A stretch of DNA of 54,921 bases from a virus (Duplodnaviria; Caudoviricetes), in the IMG/VR virus record IMGVR_UViG_3300050003_000010, positions 1 to 54,921 of that record, one strand, 5' to 3'. Both the position numbers and the translations under genes were made by a program. Each line of letters opens with the position of its first letter. Within the stretch, counting starts at the first letter, position 1. This document shows positions 25,864 through 35,935 of the stretch, one piece after another. The notes beneath the pieces are model-generated. The model was not told the DNA's origin. It saw only the letters and a program-made list of their open reading frames with translations, and did no database searches.

Positions 25864-27351
25864 TCAGGACTCCATCCGCTTGTGGTTCTCGTCCGCGACC
25901 GCCTTGGCGATCGCCGCGAGGAACGAGGTGTTGGCCGCCAGAGCCGTAGCGACGGCCGCCGCGTCGACCTGGACCGGGACCGGCGTGGACTGCGCGGCCC
26001 GCACCTCGGCGATCGCGTCCATCACCTGCTTCTTGAAGATGTAGATCTCCCGGTCGACCTCGAAACCGCGCGGCACGTAGGGCTTGCCGTCCAGCTCGAA
26101 CGTCGCCTCCGGATACGGGTCCTCCCGCAGCCGCTTCACGACCGCGTTCACGACCTCGTCAACACTGGCCATATCGAACTCATCTCCTGATGAAGGGGTG
26201 GTGGGGATCGGCCCGCCCGCGAGGCCGCGCTGGATACCGGGCAGGATGAGCTGGTCGAACTGCCGCACGCGCGCGTCACCCGGGCAGGCCGTACCGTCCG
26301 TGGACCACTGCCGGAACAGCCGGTGATAGCCGATCCCCGGCGCGTCCCAGCTCGTGGGTTTGCGGGCGGGGATGCCGTGGGTCTGGCACAGCCACACACC
26401 CAGGCGGATGATCATCGCGACCTGGGCGTCCGTCCACGGATCCGTGTGCTGCAGATTGCTCGCCGACTCCAAGCTGATCGCGCGCACGTTCGCCGACGCG
26501 TTCGCATCCGCACGGGTCTGAGTGCCGATGAACTGGCCGAGCGAGCCGTCGTAACCCAGCCCGAAGTGCGAGTCGAGGTTCGTCGAGTCGCGCCAGTACT
26601 CGAAGATCCGCTTCGGCGCCCACGGTGCCGCGATCGAGTGCAGGATGAACTGAGTCGGGCGGATCGCCGCCTGACTGTTCGATTCGGGCTGTAGCTCCAT
26701 ACGTTCGGCAAATGGGCACCAGGCCATAGCCCCTCCTGAGGGCGAGTTGAACCACGCGCCGTAGTCGGCCTGCATGGCGTCGTCGATGTCGATGTCGTAG
26801 CCCGCGAGGCGAGTGGGCGGGATCCGCTGGAAGAGGTGAATTCCGGGCACCTTCACCCCGCTCGACCAAGCGCCCGTCTGCCAGAACCACGCTGCGGCGC
26901 CGGTCCGTTGAGCCCACTCGATCGTGGCCCGGCCGCCGTAGACGCCGATGTTGGCGAGGTCGAAGACGGAGCGGATGCCGCGGAAGTACTCGGCCACGGC
27001 GGCGAAGTCCTCGGCCCGCCGCACGTCGTAGTCGACCGCGAAGTAGACCGGGCGGCCGCCCTCGCCCTCCGGCCGGCCGAGCGCACCAGCCTGCTGGGCG
27101 GCCAGGCGAGCGTCGCGGCGGCCGCGGTCGTAGCCGCCACGCCACGCGACCGTGCGGTCGGCGCCGCCGCCCTCCCAGACGGCGACCACACCCAGGCCCG
27201 CAGCACGACAGGCGGCAATCTGCGCGGTCGTCCACGACTTGGCACGGTGCGAGGTGTCGAGGTCGGTGAGATAGCGCGCCACGAACGAGTGGCCGGCGGC
27301 GCGCACGACCTCGGCCGGGACCGGGGTGAAGCTGTCGATACCGGTGGGCAT
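25864..27351 (-). CDS. Endolysin: DUF1906 (Rv2525c-like glycoside hydrolase) fused to Amidase_2
   Basis: AAGHSFVARYL...PVYFAVDYD...IGVYGG...WFWQT.AWS; then ILHS...SHF...SLES...GYH...TACPG. Confidence 0.88.
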   Translation of the reverse strand: MPTGIDSFTPVPAEVVRAAGHSFVARYLTDLDTSHRAKSWTTAQIAACRAAGLGVVAVWEGGGADRTVAWRGGYDRGRRDARLAAQQAGALGRPEGEGGRPVYFAVDYDVRRAEDFAAVAEYFRGIRSVFDLANIGVYGGRATIEWAQRTGAAAWFWQTGAWSSGVKVPGIHLFQRIPPTRLAGYDIDIDDAMQADYGAWFNSPSGGAMAWCPFAERMELQPESNSQAAIRPTQFILHSIAAPWAPKRIFEYWRDSTNLDSHFGLGYDGSLGQFIGTQTRADANASANVRAISLESASNLQHTDPWTDAQVAMIIRLGVWLCQTHGIPARKPTSWDAPGIGYHRLFRQWSTDGTACPGDARVRQFDQLILPGIQRGLAGGPIPTTPSSGDEFDMASVDEVVNAVVKRLREDPYPEATFELDGKPYVPRGFEVDREIYIFKKQVMDAIAEVRAAQSTPVPVQVDAAAVATALAANTSFLAAIAKAVADENHKRMES

Positions 27352-27415
27352 GCCGACCCCCTCGGGCATAACGAAGCCCCGGCCGACCGGCGCGGGGCTG
27401 AGGTTGGGCGGTGGA

Positions 27416-27871
27416 TCAGACCGCGAGCAGCCGGCAGTACTCCATGCCGACCCGGACCAGGCCCGCACCACTCGTGCGGCGCGCCTGCACCGTGACCGTC
27501 ATCGTCTCCACGGTCACCCCGTGCTCGGCGGGCGGCGGCGACCAGAAATCCGCCGTGAACGCGGGGATCGCCACCGTCGGCCCGAACTGGTCGACGCTGA
27601 CCATGACACGGACCTCGCCCGTGGTCCCGGACTCCGTCACGACCTGGCCGCCGATGTCGAGGATCGGCGCATCCACCGTCAGCCGGCCGAGCCAGATCGT
27701 CTCGAACGTGCCTGAGGTCGTCGCCAGCCAGTCCGAGACCCGCGCCGGATACATGCCCGTCGCCGGCCGTGTAGCCGGCCCGGAGTTCGCGTCGGTGAAC
27801 AGCCTCCGGGCGGAGTTGGATTGGTCGGCGATCCAGTCCGCGGCGTCCTGCCGCTGGAGCGGATACGGCAT
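27416..27871 (-). CDS. Minor tail protein
   Basis: MPYPLQRQD; beta-rich; end of tail module. Confidence 0.6.
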   Translation of the reverse strand: MPYPLQRQDAADWIADQSNSARRLFTDANSGPATRPATGMYPARVSDWLATTSGTFETIWLGRLTVDAPILDIGGQVVTESGTTGEVRVMVSVDQFGPTVAIPAFTADFWSPPPAEHGVTVETMTVTVQARRTSGAGLVRVGMEYCRLLAV

Positions 27872-28989
27872 CAGGCAGCCCCTTCCAGGTAGATCTCCAT
27901 CGACTCCTCGGACTGCCCCCGCTCGGGCGGCCGGACTTTGAACCCGACCATTCGCCGGTCCGCTTCGAGCGGCGGCGTCCACCAGGTGTCCGCGATCCGG
28001 ATCCGCACCGTGTCGCCGAGGTGCTGCGGGGTGATGTCCGTCTCGGACAGGCGCACCGTCACCGACGGCGTCGCGACCGGGCCGGACGAGCGGCTCATCT
28101 CCGCGCGGGCCAGCGCCCGCAGCGTCGGGCCGTCCGTGATGTCGCTGTAGTCGCGCAGCACGTCGACGAGCGGCCACCCCGCGTCGAGGTAGTCCTGGGC
28201 GACCTCGTACGCGAGGCCCGGGCCGTGGGATGCCGGCCGTGTCTCGTTGCCCAGCGGCACGCCCCCGCCTCTGCATCTGAAGCTGGTGCCGCCGCGGGTG
28301 CCGTCCTCATCCCAGGTCCACGTCAGCACGTTGCCGGGGTCGGACAGCTCATGCTGTGCCTCGGACCGACCGAGTTGCGGGTACCCGAGGCGCATGTGCC
28401 GCACCCGGTCACCACTGCTGTCGTGGTACGCGTCGATGGCGTACTCGAAGCCGTCCTCCACGTCGGCGATCTGGTCCAGCGCCGCCCCGTAAGAAATCCC
28501 CGCGTTGCTCGGCCAGTCCTTCGTGATCAGAACACCAGAGAGCCCCGAGTCGATCGTGATGCCGATATGGCTATCGTTGCCGACGCCGAGCTGGAGCTGA
28601 TCGAGCAGATCCCGCACGGCGTCGAACTGATCCATGTCCACGAAATCGAGGATGTACAGGGGCGTCTGCCGGTAGAGGTACGACTCGAACGACGCGGCCT
28701 GCAGGCGTACCTGGTGCGGCCCGCGGTGGGGCCGGGTGATCGTGCGCCGCCACAGGATCCCCGACCACCAGATGTCCCGGTCACCCCTGTACAGGTACAC
28801 CGCGGTGCGCTGCGGCTCGCACGGCCGCACGAGGTCGGCAGTGGTCTGGTCCGGGATCGTGATCGAACACGACAGCGAACCCGCCTGGCCGATCAACCTG
28901 TCGAACTCGACGCCCGACGCCTCGATGTCGGCGAACGTCCTGTCCGTCCGCACGTCCGCCAACTCGACCCGCCACGTCGGGGCGGTCAC
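27871..28989 (-). CDS. Minor tail/baseplate hub protein (Tal, Gp37-like)
   Basis: VYLYRGD..IWWSGILW...DQFDAVRDL...LGDTVRIRIAD. Confidence 0.8.
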   Translation of the reverse strand: MTAPTWRVELADVRTDRTFADIEASGVEFDRLIGQAGSLSCSITIPDQTTADLVRPCEPQRTAVYLYRGDRDIWWSGILWRRTITRPHRGPHQVRLQAASFESYLYRQTPLYILDFVDMDQFDAVRDLLDQLQLGVGNDSHIGITIDSGLSGVLITKDWPSNAGISYGAALDQIADVEDGFEYAIDAYHDSSGDRVRHMRLGYPQLGRSEAQHELSDPGNVLTWTWDEDGTRGGTSFRCRGGGVPLGNETRPASHGPGLAYEVAQDYLDAGWPLVDVLRDYSDITDGPTLRALARAEMSRSSGPVATPSVTVRLSETDITPQHLGDTVRIRIADTWWTPPLEADRRMVGFKVRPPERGQSEESMEIYLEGAA

Positions 28990-29951
28990 AGACTGACCCA
29001 CGCCGCAGTCATCGACGGCGACGAGTTGATGGCCGCGATCGCCAGCGACCCGCCCGAGGACTGGTAGGCGATCGCCATCACGATGTCGCCCACCGCCAGG
29101 GGCACGACATCGGTGGAGATGGTCCCGGCCGCGTTCCCGGCGCCGTTGGCGGCGATCGAGTAGCCGGCCAAGAAGGTCCCCGACGTGCCGCTCGCGGACG
29201 TGGTCGAGTACAACTCGATGCCTCGCGACCCCGTGTTGTTGCTGGTCCACCCTGCGCTGCATCCGAGGCGGTAGTACCCGGCCCGGGTGATGTACAGCCC
29301 CGTGATCGCGCTGCTCGCCGCACTGCCCGAGGAGTTGATCGGCGTGATGTCGCGGCTGACGATGCTGCTCGACCAGGCGAGACGGGTCACGGTCCCGGAG
29401 GCAACGGACGCACTCACGCCCTGGACTCGGGCAATCGGCGGCTGCCCCACCAGCACCCGCCGGTCGGTGAGCGCCGACACCCAGGTGATCCCGCCGTTGC
29501 CCGCGTTGGCGCCGGCCGGGACACGCACCTCCCACAAGGCGATGCTGCTGGCCGGCACCGGCGGGGCGACCGGCGACACGGCGGCCGAGCCGACCACGAT
29601 CGTCACTCGGGCGTCCTGTTGACCCAGGCTGTCGTACGGATTGTCCCTGACCTGCAGCACGACCAGGTCCTGCCGCGGCAGCGTCGCGTGGCCGTCGGTG
29701 AACGTGAGCCCGACCGCCGCGTCGACCACCACCGGGTACGGCCCCTGCAGCGACGAGGACGTGCCCTGCACGATCGCCCGCACCGTGCCGACAGACGCCG
29801 TCATCGCGCCTGTGGAGGACAGCGCGGCGCCCATCGTGACGAGCCCGGAAGCCGAGGACATCGCCCCTGTCGAGGCCATGCTGACGCTGGCGTACAGCCT
29901 GTGGTCCTCGGGGGTGATGCCGCTCTTCTGATAGCCCACTCGGACAGCCAT
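28986..29951 (-). CDS. Minor tail / receptor-binding candidate protein
   Basis: MAVRVGYQ...QGPY...HATLPRQDLVVLQVRD...C1q-like beta C-terminus (ITRAGYY). Confidence 0.75.
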   Translation of the reverse strand: MAVRVGYQKSGITPEDHRLYASVSMASTGAMSSASGLVTMGAALSSTGAMTASVGTVRAIVQGTSSSLQGPYPVVVDAAVGLTFTDGHATLPRQDLVVLQVRDNPYDSLGQQDARVTIVVGSAAVSPVAPPVPASSIALWEVRVPAGANAGNGGITWVSALTDRRVLVGQPPIARVQGVSASVASGTVTRLAWSSSIVSRDITPINSSGSAASSAITGLYITRAGYYRLGCSAGWTSNNTGSRGIELYSTTSASGTSGTFLAGYSIAANGAGNAAGTISTDVVPLAVGDIVMAIAYQSSGGSLAIAAINSSPSMTAAWVSL

Positions 29952-29959
29952 GGGACTCC

Positions 29960-30814
29960 CTACATCCAGGCCGCGTAGCGGCTGACGGTCATGGTGGCCG
30001 AGCCGGAGGCGGCTCTGAACGCGATCTCTTGCGAGCCAGGCGGGACGACGAACTGCCGCAGCAGGGCCGAGCGCGCGGTGCGGGTCATCAGCCTCGACGC
30101 GGTCCCGTTGAGGATCACGGTCCCGGCTCGGCAGTCGATCACCAGGACGTCGCTGACGGTGAGGGCAATGTCGAACTCGATGGTCAGGCCGGTCGATACG
30201 ACCGTCACCGCGGGAGTCGCGCACTCGCCGCTGATCGTGATCAGCGGGTGGGCCTCGGCGTTGCCGGCGTTGGCAACGGTTGCCGACCCCGACGCGCCGC
30301 CCGACCCGTACGACAGGTTGTACGTGAGGTTGTAGCTGAGGCCGGCCGGCGCCGACGGAAGGCCCGTCCCGACCGCCACCTCCGCCGGGTCGTACAGGCG
30401 CGGATCGCTCGCCTCCCACTGCAGCGCGACGCCGTAGACGCGGCCGATACGGTGCACCGGGGCGATGGGAATCGCGCGGCGTGTGCACCGCGCCTCGGCG
30501 TACAGCGTCTGTCCGTCCAGCCGCACGACCAGCGGCTGCTCGTCCTGGGCGACCGGCGTCGCGGAACGGATCGCCGCCAGGTTGCTGCCGACCGGCTCGC
30601 GGATGATCACGCCCTCCACCGTGATCGTCCGCGTCTGCGCGTACAGCCGCCCCGGCCACGCCCCGTGCTCCACCGGCCGGAGCGTCGTCCCACTGTCCAG
30701 GGCGGGCATGTCGAGCCAGCCCGTGAGCTGGTTCCAGCCCGCGGCGCCGCCCTCGCCGAGCAGGAGGTCGCCGTACTGGATGTGGCCGTCTTCGGTGACC
30801 AGATCGCCGATCAT
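29960..30814 (-). CDS. Distal tail protein (Dit)
   Basis: LTGW.D.P...HGAW.G...RTIT...WEASDPRLY...NAGNAEAHPLITISG; follows tape measure. Confidence 0.85.
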   Translation of the reverse strand: MIGDLVTEDGHIQYGDLLLGEGGAAGWNQLTGWLDMPALDSGTTLRPVEHGAWPGRLYAQTRTITVEGVIIREPVGSNLAAIRSATPVAQDEQPLVVRLDGQTLYAEARCTRRAIPIAPVHRIGRVYGVALQWEASDPRLYDPAEVAVGTGLPSAPAGLSYNLTYNLSYGSGGASGSATVANAGNAEAHPLITISGECATPAVTVVSTGLTIEFDIALTVSDVLVIDCRAGTVILNGTASRLMTRTARSALLRQFVVPPGSQEIAFRAASGSATMTVSRYAAWM

Positions 30815-33800
30815 CTACGCCCCTCGCTTCGTGGCTTCCCACCACAGGCTTTCGGCGACGCCCTGCTCGCTCTGGCCGTCCGCGTAGTAGTTGTCGATGT
30901 GCACCGTGACCGACCGGCCGCCACTGCTGCCCGAAGCTGCAGCCGCCGCCGTCCCGGCCATCGCCATCCCGGCCCCGACGAGTGCGGGGCCGCCGACCGT
31001 CTTGGATGCCGGGGCCAGGCTGTAGCCGAAACGCCCGGCAACGTCCGCCAGGATCGCGGTGGATCGCGACCGCTTGGCCGCCCCGAGCGGGATGTAAGCC
31101 TCGCCTCCGGTCTCCGGCTCGGCCCACACCCGCCAGTCGCCCGCGCGCGCGATCTGCGCGATGTGCTGGCCCTCCGCGTAGGCGCGGATCGACTTCGGGA
31201 GCCGGAGCCCACCGTCGACGAACTGGATGACGCCGCCGGACGATTGGAGCATTGCCCGGATTCGCGCGACATTCTCGGCGACCTGGGAGGCGTTGACCGT
31301 GACGTACGCCTGGTAGGTGCCCTCCAGCGAGTTGAGCTGGCGCTGGATGTACGCGACGTTGGCCTCGGCCTGCGACGTCTGCGCCCGCACGTCCGTCCCA
31401 ACCTCGCCGGGGATCCGGAAGTAGTGCTGGATCAGCGACGCGATCTCGTCCTGCGTATAGCCCATCTGCTCCATGACCGCCCTGAACCGCTCCCGCTGGG
31501 TGGCCAGAACGGCGTTCGCAGCCTCCTCCGAGCCGGTCTCCTCCAGTTTTGCCTTGGACATCGCATACGACGCCTCGATCATTTCCCGGATCGCGGCCCG
31601 GTTGGCGCGGCCCTTTTCGCTGCCCGCGTCGAGGGTGCGGCCGTTCTCCTCGATGCTCGCGGTCAGGTCGTCGACCGACGCCTCCAGGTCGTCCTGGGCC
31701 TGCATCGAGTCGAGCGCCTTGCCGTTGAGGGCATCCCACGAGTCCTTGAGGTCCTTGATGGCCTTCTCTTGATCCTCGGCCGCCTTGGTGACCTGGGACT
31801 GCTGGGCGGCGGTTTCCTTGGCCTGCTCCGCCGACATGCCCGCTGCCTCGTGTTGGCGGCGCCATTCCTCCGTGCCCGCGGCCAGGGCGCCGGACGTGTC
31901 CTCGATCGCGCCTGTGACCGCGACCTGGTCGACCAGGAAATCGGTCCAGGTCTTGCCTTGCGCCTTGTAGGTCTGCTCCAGTGCCGCCCAGGTGGAGGCG
32001 CCGTTCTTCATCGCGGCGTTGACGCGGGCCTGTGCCTCGGCGTTGCCCTGGGCTGCCTCGGTCACGTCCTGAAGCGACAGGTGCATGCGCTCCGCCGACG
32101 CCAGGGCGCCATCGCGGGAGATGCGGTTGAGCGCCCACTCCTTCGAGTTCTTCGAGATGACGCCCGAGTCGCGCTCGACCGCCTCGGTGCCCTCGCGGAC
32201 GATCGCGGTGTTGTCCTTCTTGGCCTTGCTGAACAGCGCCATGAAGCCGGTCGCGGCCACCAGGGCGATGCCGAGGAAACCCATGCTCATCTGGAGCGTG
32301 CGCATCGCCACGCTCGTCACCGACGCCTGTGCGGACAGGGCGGCCAGCATGGACTGGTAGGCGTTGACCGCCGCCCGTCCGAGGGTGAACGCCAGTGTCA
32401 CGCCGGCCACGGCCACGGTCGCGAGCGCCAAGACCTGGATGACGGCCTTGCCCTCGTCGGGCATTCCCTCCCACAGGCCCTTCGCCGCGGCGCCCAGGCC
32501 CATCAGCCTGGGGATCACCTCGCCGCCGATGAACTCGGTGACGTTCTGGCTCACCGTGCGCTTGAACTTTTCCAGGTTCGCGCCGGCGTTCTCGGTGAGC
32601 GCCGCTGTCTGGCGGTCGACCGTCCCCGCGAAACCGGCCATCTTGGCGCTGGCGGCCGACGGGTCGATCGCCAGCAGTGCCTTCGAGAGGTCTTCGGACT
32701 TGGTGCCGAGGATCTGCTGGGACAGGGCGTAGCGCTCCGTCGCGGGCACGCTCGTCCGCAGGCGATCGAGGATCTGGTCGAGTGCCTGCTTCGCGACCGG
32801 GCCGCCCTTGGCGAAGGCGGCGGCCATCTCGTCCGCGTCGAGGCCGAGCTTCTCCAGGGCCGGGGCCGCGCTCAGGTCCTGGACGCGGATCGTGAGTTCC
32901 TTGAGCGCGTCGGCGACGAAGTCGGTGTCCCTGACCGCGCCTTCCAGGCCCTGCTGCATGATGCCGAGGGCGTCGTCCGCCGACAGCCCCAGGTCCCGGA
33001 AGTGCGTCGGGTACTCCTGGAGGGTGTCGAGCATGTCGTCGCCGCGCTGGTCGGAGAGCTGGAACGCGCGGCTGATCACGTCGAGCGCCTCGGTGGCGTT
33101 CGCCGCCATCCCCGTACGCATCAGCTGGCCTGCGGCCACCGCCGCCTGGCCGAGGTCGACGTCGAAGGTCCTGGCCAGGGTGAGGACCTTGCGGGAGATC
33201 GACTCGATCTGCTCGTTCGTCGCGCCCGACGGGACCAGCCCGGCCTGCATGACGTTGCGGATGGCCTGTGTGCCCTGCTCGAAGCTCTCCGCGAGCGTCG
33301 AGGAGTAGAGGCGGCCGGCGATCTCGCCGTGCTCGGCGGCGACCGCGTCCGACGTGCCGAGCTGGGCCTGGAGCTTGCCGCTGAGCTGGCCCTGCTCCAT
33401 TGCCTCGGCGAACCCGGCGATGAAGATCGCGCCGAGCGCTGCTGCCGCCGCGGCGACCCCCACGGTCCCGGCGTCGAGGCCCTCGGCCAGGCCCTCGCCG
33501 CCCTCGGCCCCGGCCTCTTCCCCGGCCTGTGCCATCTGCTGGGTCAGTGCCTGGCCCGCGTCCTGCCCGGCGGCCCGGCCCGCGTTCTGGGCGATGGCGC
33601 CGAGGGAGTGGTCGAGCGCCGCGCCCGCCTGGGTGCCCGCCGCGGCGGCGCCGCCCGTGATGCCCGAAAGCCCCTGTCCTGCCTGCTGGGCTGCGCGCTG
33701 CCCGGCCTGGGCTGCGGACTGGCCGAGTGACGCGTCGAGTTGCCGACCCGCCTGCTGCCCTGCCTGCTGGGCCGCCTGTCCGAGCCCCTGCGACAGGCCC

Positions 33801-34072
33801 TGCCCCGCACGCTGCCCCGCCTGCGTGCCCGCCTGGCCCGCCTGCTGGGCCATGTTCCCCAGGTTCTGCGTGGCGAGCCGGGCCGCGTCCTGTGCGCCGG
33901 ACCCGACCCCCTGTGCCAGGTTCTGCCCGGCGGCCTGCCCGGCGCGCTCCGTCGTCTGCGTGATCGACCTGGCGGCCTGGTCCATGGTCTGGCCGGCGCG
34001 GGCGACACCTTGCTGCAGGCCGCGATCGTCGACGGTCAAAAACGCGACGAGCTGCCCGACGGTGAGCGCCAC
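30815..34072 (-). CDS. Tape measure protein (1085 aa)
   Basis: ALTVGQLVAFL; DDMLDTLQEY...DTDFVADALKE core; WAEPETGGEAYIPL. Confidence 0.95.
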   Translation of the reverse strand: MALTVGQLVAFLTVDDRGLQQGVARAGQTMDQAARSITQTTERAGQAAGQNLAQGVGSGAQDAARLATQNLGNMAQQAGQAGTQAGQRAGQGLSQGLGQAAQQAGQQAGRQLDASLGQSAAQAGQRAAQQAGQGLSGITGGAAAAGTQAGAALDHSLGAIAQNAGRAAGQDAGQALTQQMAQAGEEAGAEGGEGLAEGLDAGTVGVAAAAAALGAIFIAGFAEAMEQGQLSGKLQAQLGTSDAVAAEHGEIAGRLYSSTLAESFEQGTQAIRNVMQAGLVPSGATNEQIESISRKVLTLARTFDVDLGQAAVAAGQLMRTGMAANATEALDVISRAFQLSDQRGDDMLDTLQEYPTHFRDLGLSADDALGIMQQGLEGAVRDTDFVADALKELTIRVQDLSAAPALEKLGLDADEMAAAFAKGGPVAKQALDQILDRLRTSVPATERYALSQQILGTKSEDLSKALLAIDPSAASAKMAGFAGTVDRQTAALTENAGANLEKFKRTVSQNVTEFIGGEVIPRLMGLGAAAKGLWEGMPDEGKAVIQVLALATVAVAGVTLAFTLGRAAVNAYQSMLAALSAQASVTSVAMRTLQMSMGFLGIALVAATGFMALFSKAKKDNTAIVREGTEAVERDSGVISKNSKEWALNRISRDGALASAERMHLSLQDVTEAAQGNAEAQARVNAAMKNGASTWAALEQTYKAQGKTWTDFLVDQVAVTGAIEDTSGALAAGTEEWRRQHEAAGMSAEQAKETAAQQSQVTKAAEDQEKAIKDLKDSWDALNGKALDSMQAQDDLEASVDDLTASIEENGRTLDAGSEKGRANRAAIREMIEASYAMSKAKLEETGSEEAANAVLATQRERFRAVMEQMGYTQDEIASLIQHYFRIPGEVGTDVRAQTSQAEANVAYIQRQLNSLEGTYQAYVTVNASQVAENVARIRAMLQSSGGVIQFVDGGLRLPKSIRAYAEGQHIAQIARAGDWRVWAEPETGGEAYIPLGAAKRSRSTAILADVAGRFGYSLAPASKTVGGPALVGAGMAMAGTAAAAASGSSGGRSVTVHIDNYYADGQSEQGVAESLWWEATKRGA

Positions 34073-34075
34073 GAG

Positions 34076-34734
34076 TCACCTCCCGGATGCTGGCTCCTGA
34101 CTCGATGTCAGCAACCGGTGGATGCGGCAATCCGTCGACAGCAGGCCGAGGATGCGCAGGCTCAGCCAGCGCCACGACCGCGTGTCCAGGACCTGCTCGT
34201 AGTCGATCCCGTAGACCTGGTGCAGGTCGGCCTCGATGGCGGTCTCATGGGCGAGGATGTCCGCCCATGTCACCGACGGCCCTTGTTCGGCCGCCGGCGC
34301 CGGGGTGCCGCGGCGCCGTTCGTAGTACTCGTAGATGCCGTCTTCGTCGCAGGTGCCCCGGCCGACCCAGCCCGCCCACGGGTCTGCGCCCGCCGGGCTG
34401 CCAGAGGGTTTGGGACCTCGCCCTCCCATACGAGTTCGGCGTGGTCCGCGCCGAAGAGCACCCACGCGACGAGCGTGTTGGCGACGTGCTCCCACTCCCG
34501 GTCGGACAGTTCGTCCAGCAGGCGCGTGTAGTGCTCGCCGAAAAGAAGCCGATACTCGTTGGCCTCGCGACTGTCCGGCAGCACCTCCTGGTCGAGCGTG
34601 CCGGTCGTCACCGCCTTGCGCAGCGCCCGCCCCAGCCGTGCCGGCGGCGAGACGAACCGCACGTCGCGGCCGCGGATCGGCAGCGTGAACGACGCATCTT
34701 CGAGTTCGAGACGCGATAGATCGGTCAGGGCCAC
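34076..34734 (-). CDS. Tail assembly chaperones G (34270-34734) and G-T by -1 frameshift
   Basis: Two overlapping frames between tail tube and tape measure; slippery C CCA AAC at 34408-34414. Confidence 0.85.
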
Positions 34735-34735
34735 G

Positions 34736-35476
34736 TCACGCCGCCGGGTTCACGATGTCGTGGCGCTTGCCCACGCCGGTGAGCGTGACCGACGCCGAGT
34801 CCAGGTCGGCCGGGCCGCCGCCCGCGGGGTTCCACCCGATCTGTGCGACGCCCTCGTACGCCTCCGGGTCGCCGGTGAGGCGCTTGTACCAGCGAACATG
34901 GATCGTGCCCTCGCCGCCGAACCTGGTCGACGCCAGCCGGATCCTCTCCTGCGTCAGCGGATAGTCGCCGGTGATCCGGCCCTTCTTGCGCGCGAGCGTC
35001 AGCTCCAGCGTCCACGCCTGCATCGTCTTCACCGACGACGCCCACCCGTCGCTGTCGTAGTCCGAGTCGTCCTGCAGCGTGGGGTCGACCTTCGGCACCA
35101 GGTTCGTCATGCCCCGCAGCCGCTTCCACTCCGGCGGGTCGCCGACGTCGGCCATGTCCACGTCGAGCGCCCAGTCGCGGGCGAGTGTCGCGATCAGGTC
35201 CTCGGTGTCCGCGTCCGCCGGAACCGCGTACGTGAACTGGCCGGTGAGGGTCACCGTGGTCGAGCCGTCACCGATGACGATGTTGACGGCGCCCGCCGCG
35301 CCCGCGGGCGTGAGGATCTGCAGGAACTTGGCGGACAGGGCCTCGAAGTCGGGCGCCGCCGTGCCGCCGACGGTGACCGTGGTGACCGTGTTGAGGTCGG
35401 TGCCAGACACGGTGATCGTGTCGCCGCCGAGGGTGGATCCGGTGACCGGGATGACCCCGGTGATCGTGAGCGCCAT
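34736..35476 (-). CDS. Major tail tube protein with N-terminal IPT/TIG domain
   Basis: ITGVIPVTGSTLGGDTITVSGTDL...TPAGAAGAV...FTY, then LARDWALDVD...DDSDYDSDGW. Confidence 0.88.
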   Translation of the reverse strand: MALTITGVIPVTGSTLGGDTITVSGTDLNTVTTVTVGGTAAPDFEALSAKFLQILTPAGAAGAVNIVIGDGSTTVTLTGQFTYAVPADADTEDLIATLARDWALDVDMADVGDPPEWKRLRGMTNLVPKVDPTLQDDSDYDSDGWASSVKTMQAWTLELTLARKKGRITGDYPLTQERIRLASTRFGGEGTIHVRWYKRLTGDPEAYEGVAQIGWNPAGGGPADLDSASVTLTGVGKRHDIVNPAA

Positions 35477-35491
35477 GGTGCTGACTCCTCG

Positions 35492-35935
35492 TCAGTCGGG
35501 GTAGTACGCGGTCGGCCGCTCGGCCGTGAACGCGTAGTTGTCGGTGCGGCCGGGCCGGTTGAGCCCGTCGAGGCCGAGCGGCCCGGGGCCGGACATGTGG
35601 AGGATCTGCGCGACCCGCACCCCGCCGATCACCAAGTGCGTGCGGCCGTCGAGGTAGTTGCGGATGGGGTCGGAGATCGCGTCCGCCGAACGGGAGTTGC
35701 CTGCCGGGCCGCGGGTGCGAACCTGTATCGACACCGAGGTGTCCGCGAGACCGCGAGGGCGGCTCGTGCTGTACGCGGTCAGGCACACCAGCCGGTCCGG
35801 TGCCGGCGGGACCACCCCGGCGACGATCGCGATGTCGCCGGCGGCGTAGGTGCCGGTTGGTCGGTAGGTTCCGAGTCCGGCGTCGTGCAGGAGCTGTGCC
35901 AGGCCGTCGACCAATTCGGTGGTCCATGTGCTCAC
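35492..35935 (-). CDS. Tail terminator / minor capsid-3-like protein
   Basis: DGLAQLL..AGLGTY.P...PPAPDR...QVRTRG...LG.D...R...TDNY. Confidence 0.8.
   Translation of the reverse strand: MSTWTTELVDGLAQLLHDAGLGTYRPTGTYAAGDIAIVAGVVPPAPDRLVCLTAYSTSRPRGLADTSVSIQVRTRGPAGNSRSADAISDPIRNYLDGRTHLVIGGVRVAQILHMSGPGPLGLDGLNRPGRTDNYAFTAERPTAYYPD

Noticed and set aside
27416-30814. Diversity-generating retroelement or invertible tail-fibre cassette
   Set aside because: No reverse transcriptase, invertase or template/variable repeat pair found.
33540-33990. CCTGC-rich repeats in the tape measure 5' region as a DNA-level array
   Set aside because: In-frame encoding of QQAG/QAAQ low-complexity helix; no matching non-coding copies noticed.
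28986-34175. Very long ORFs (1729 aa minus, 1233 aa plus) overlapping the tail genes
   Set aside because: Arg/Pro/Gly-rich shadow frames typical of high-GC DNA; only 28986-29951 of the minus ORF is a credible gene.
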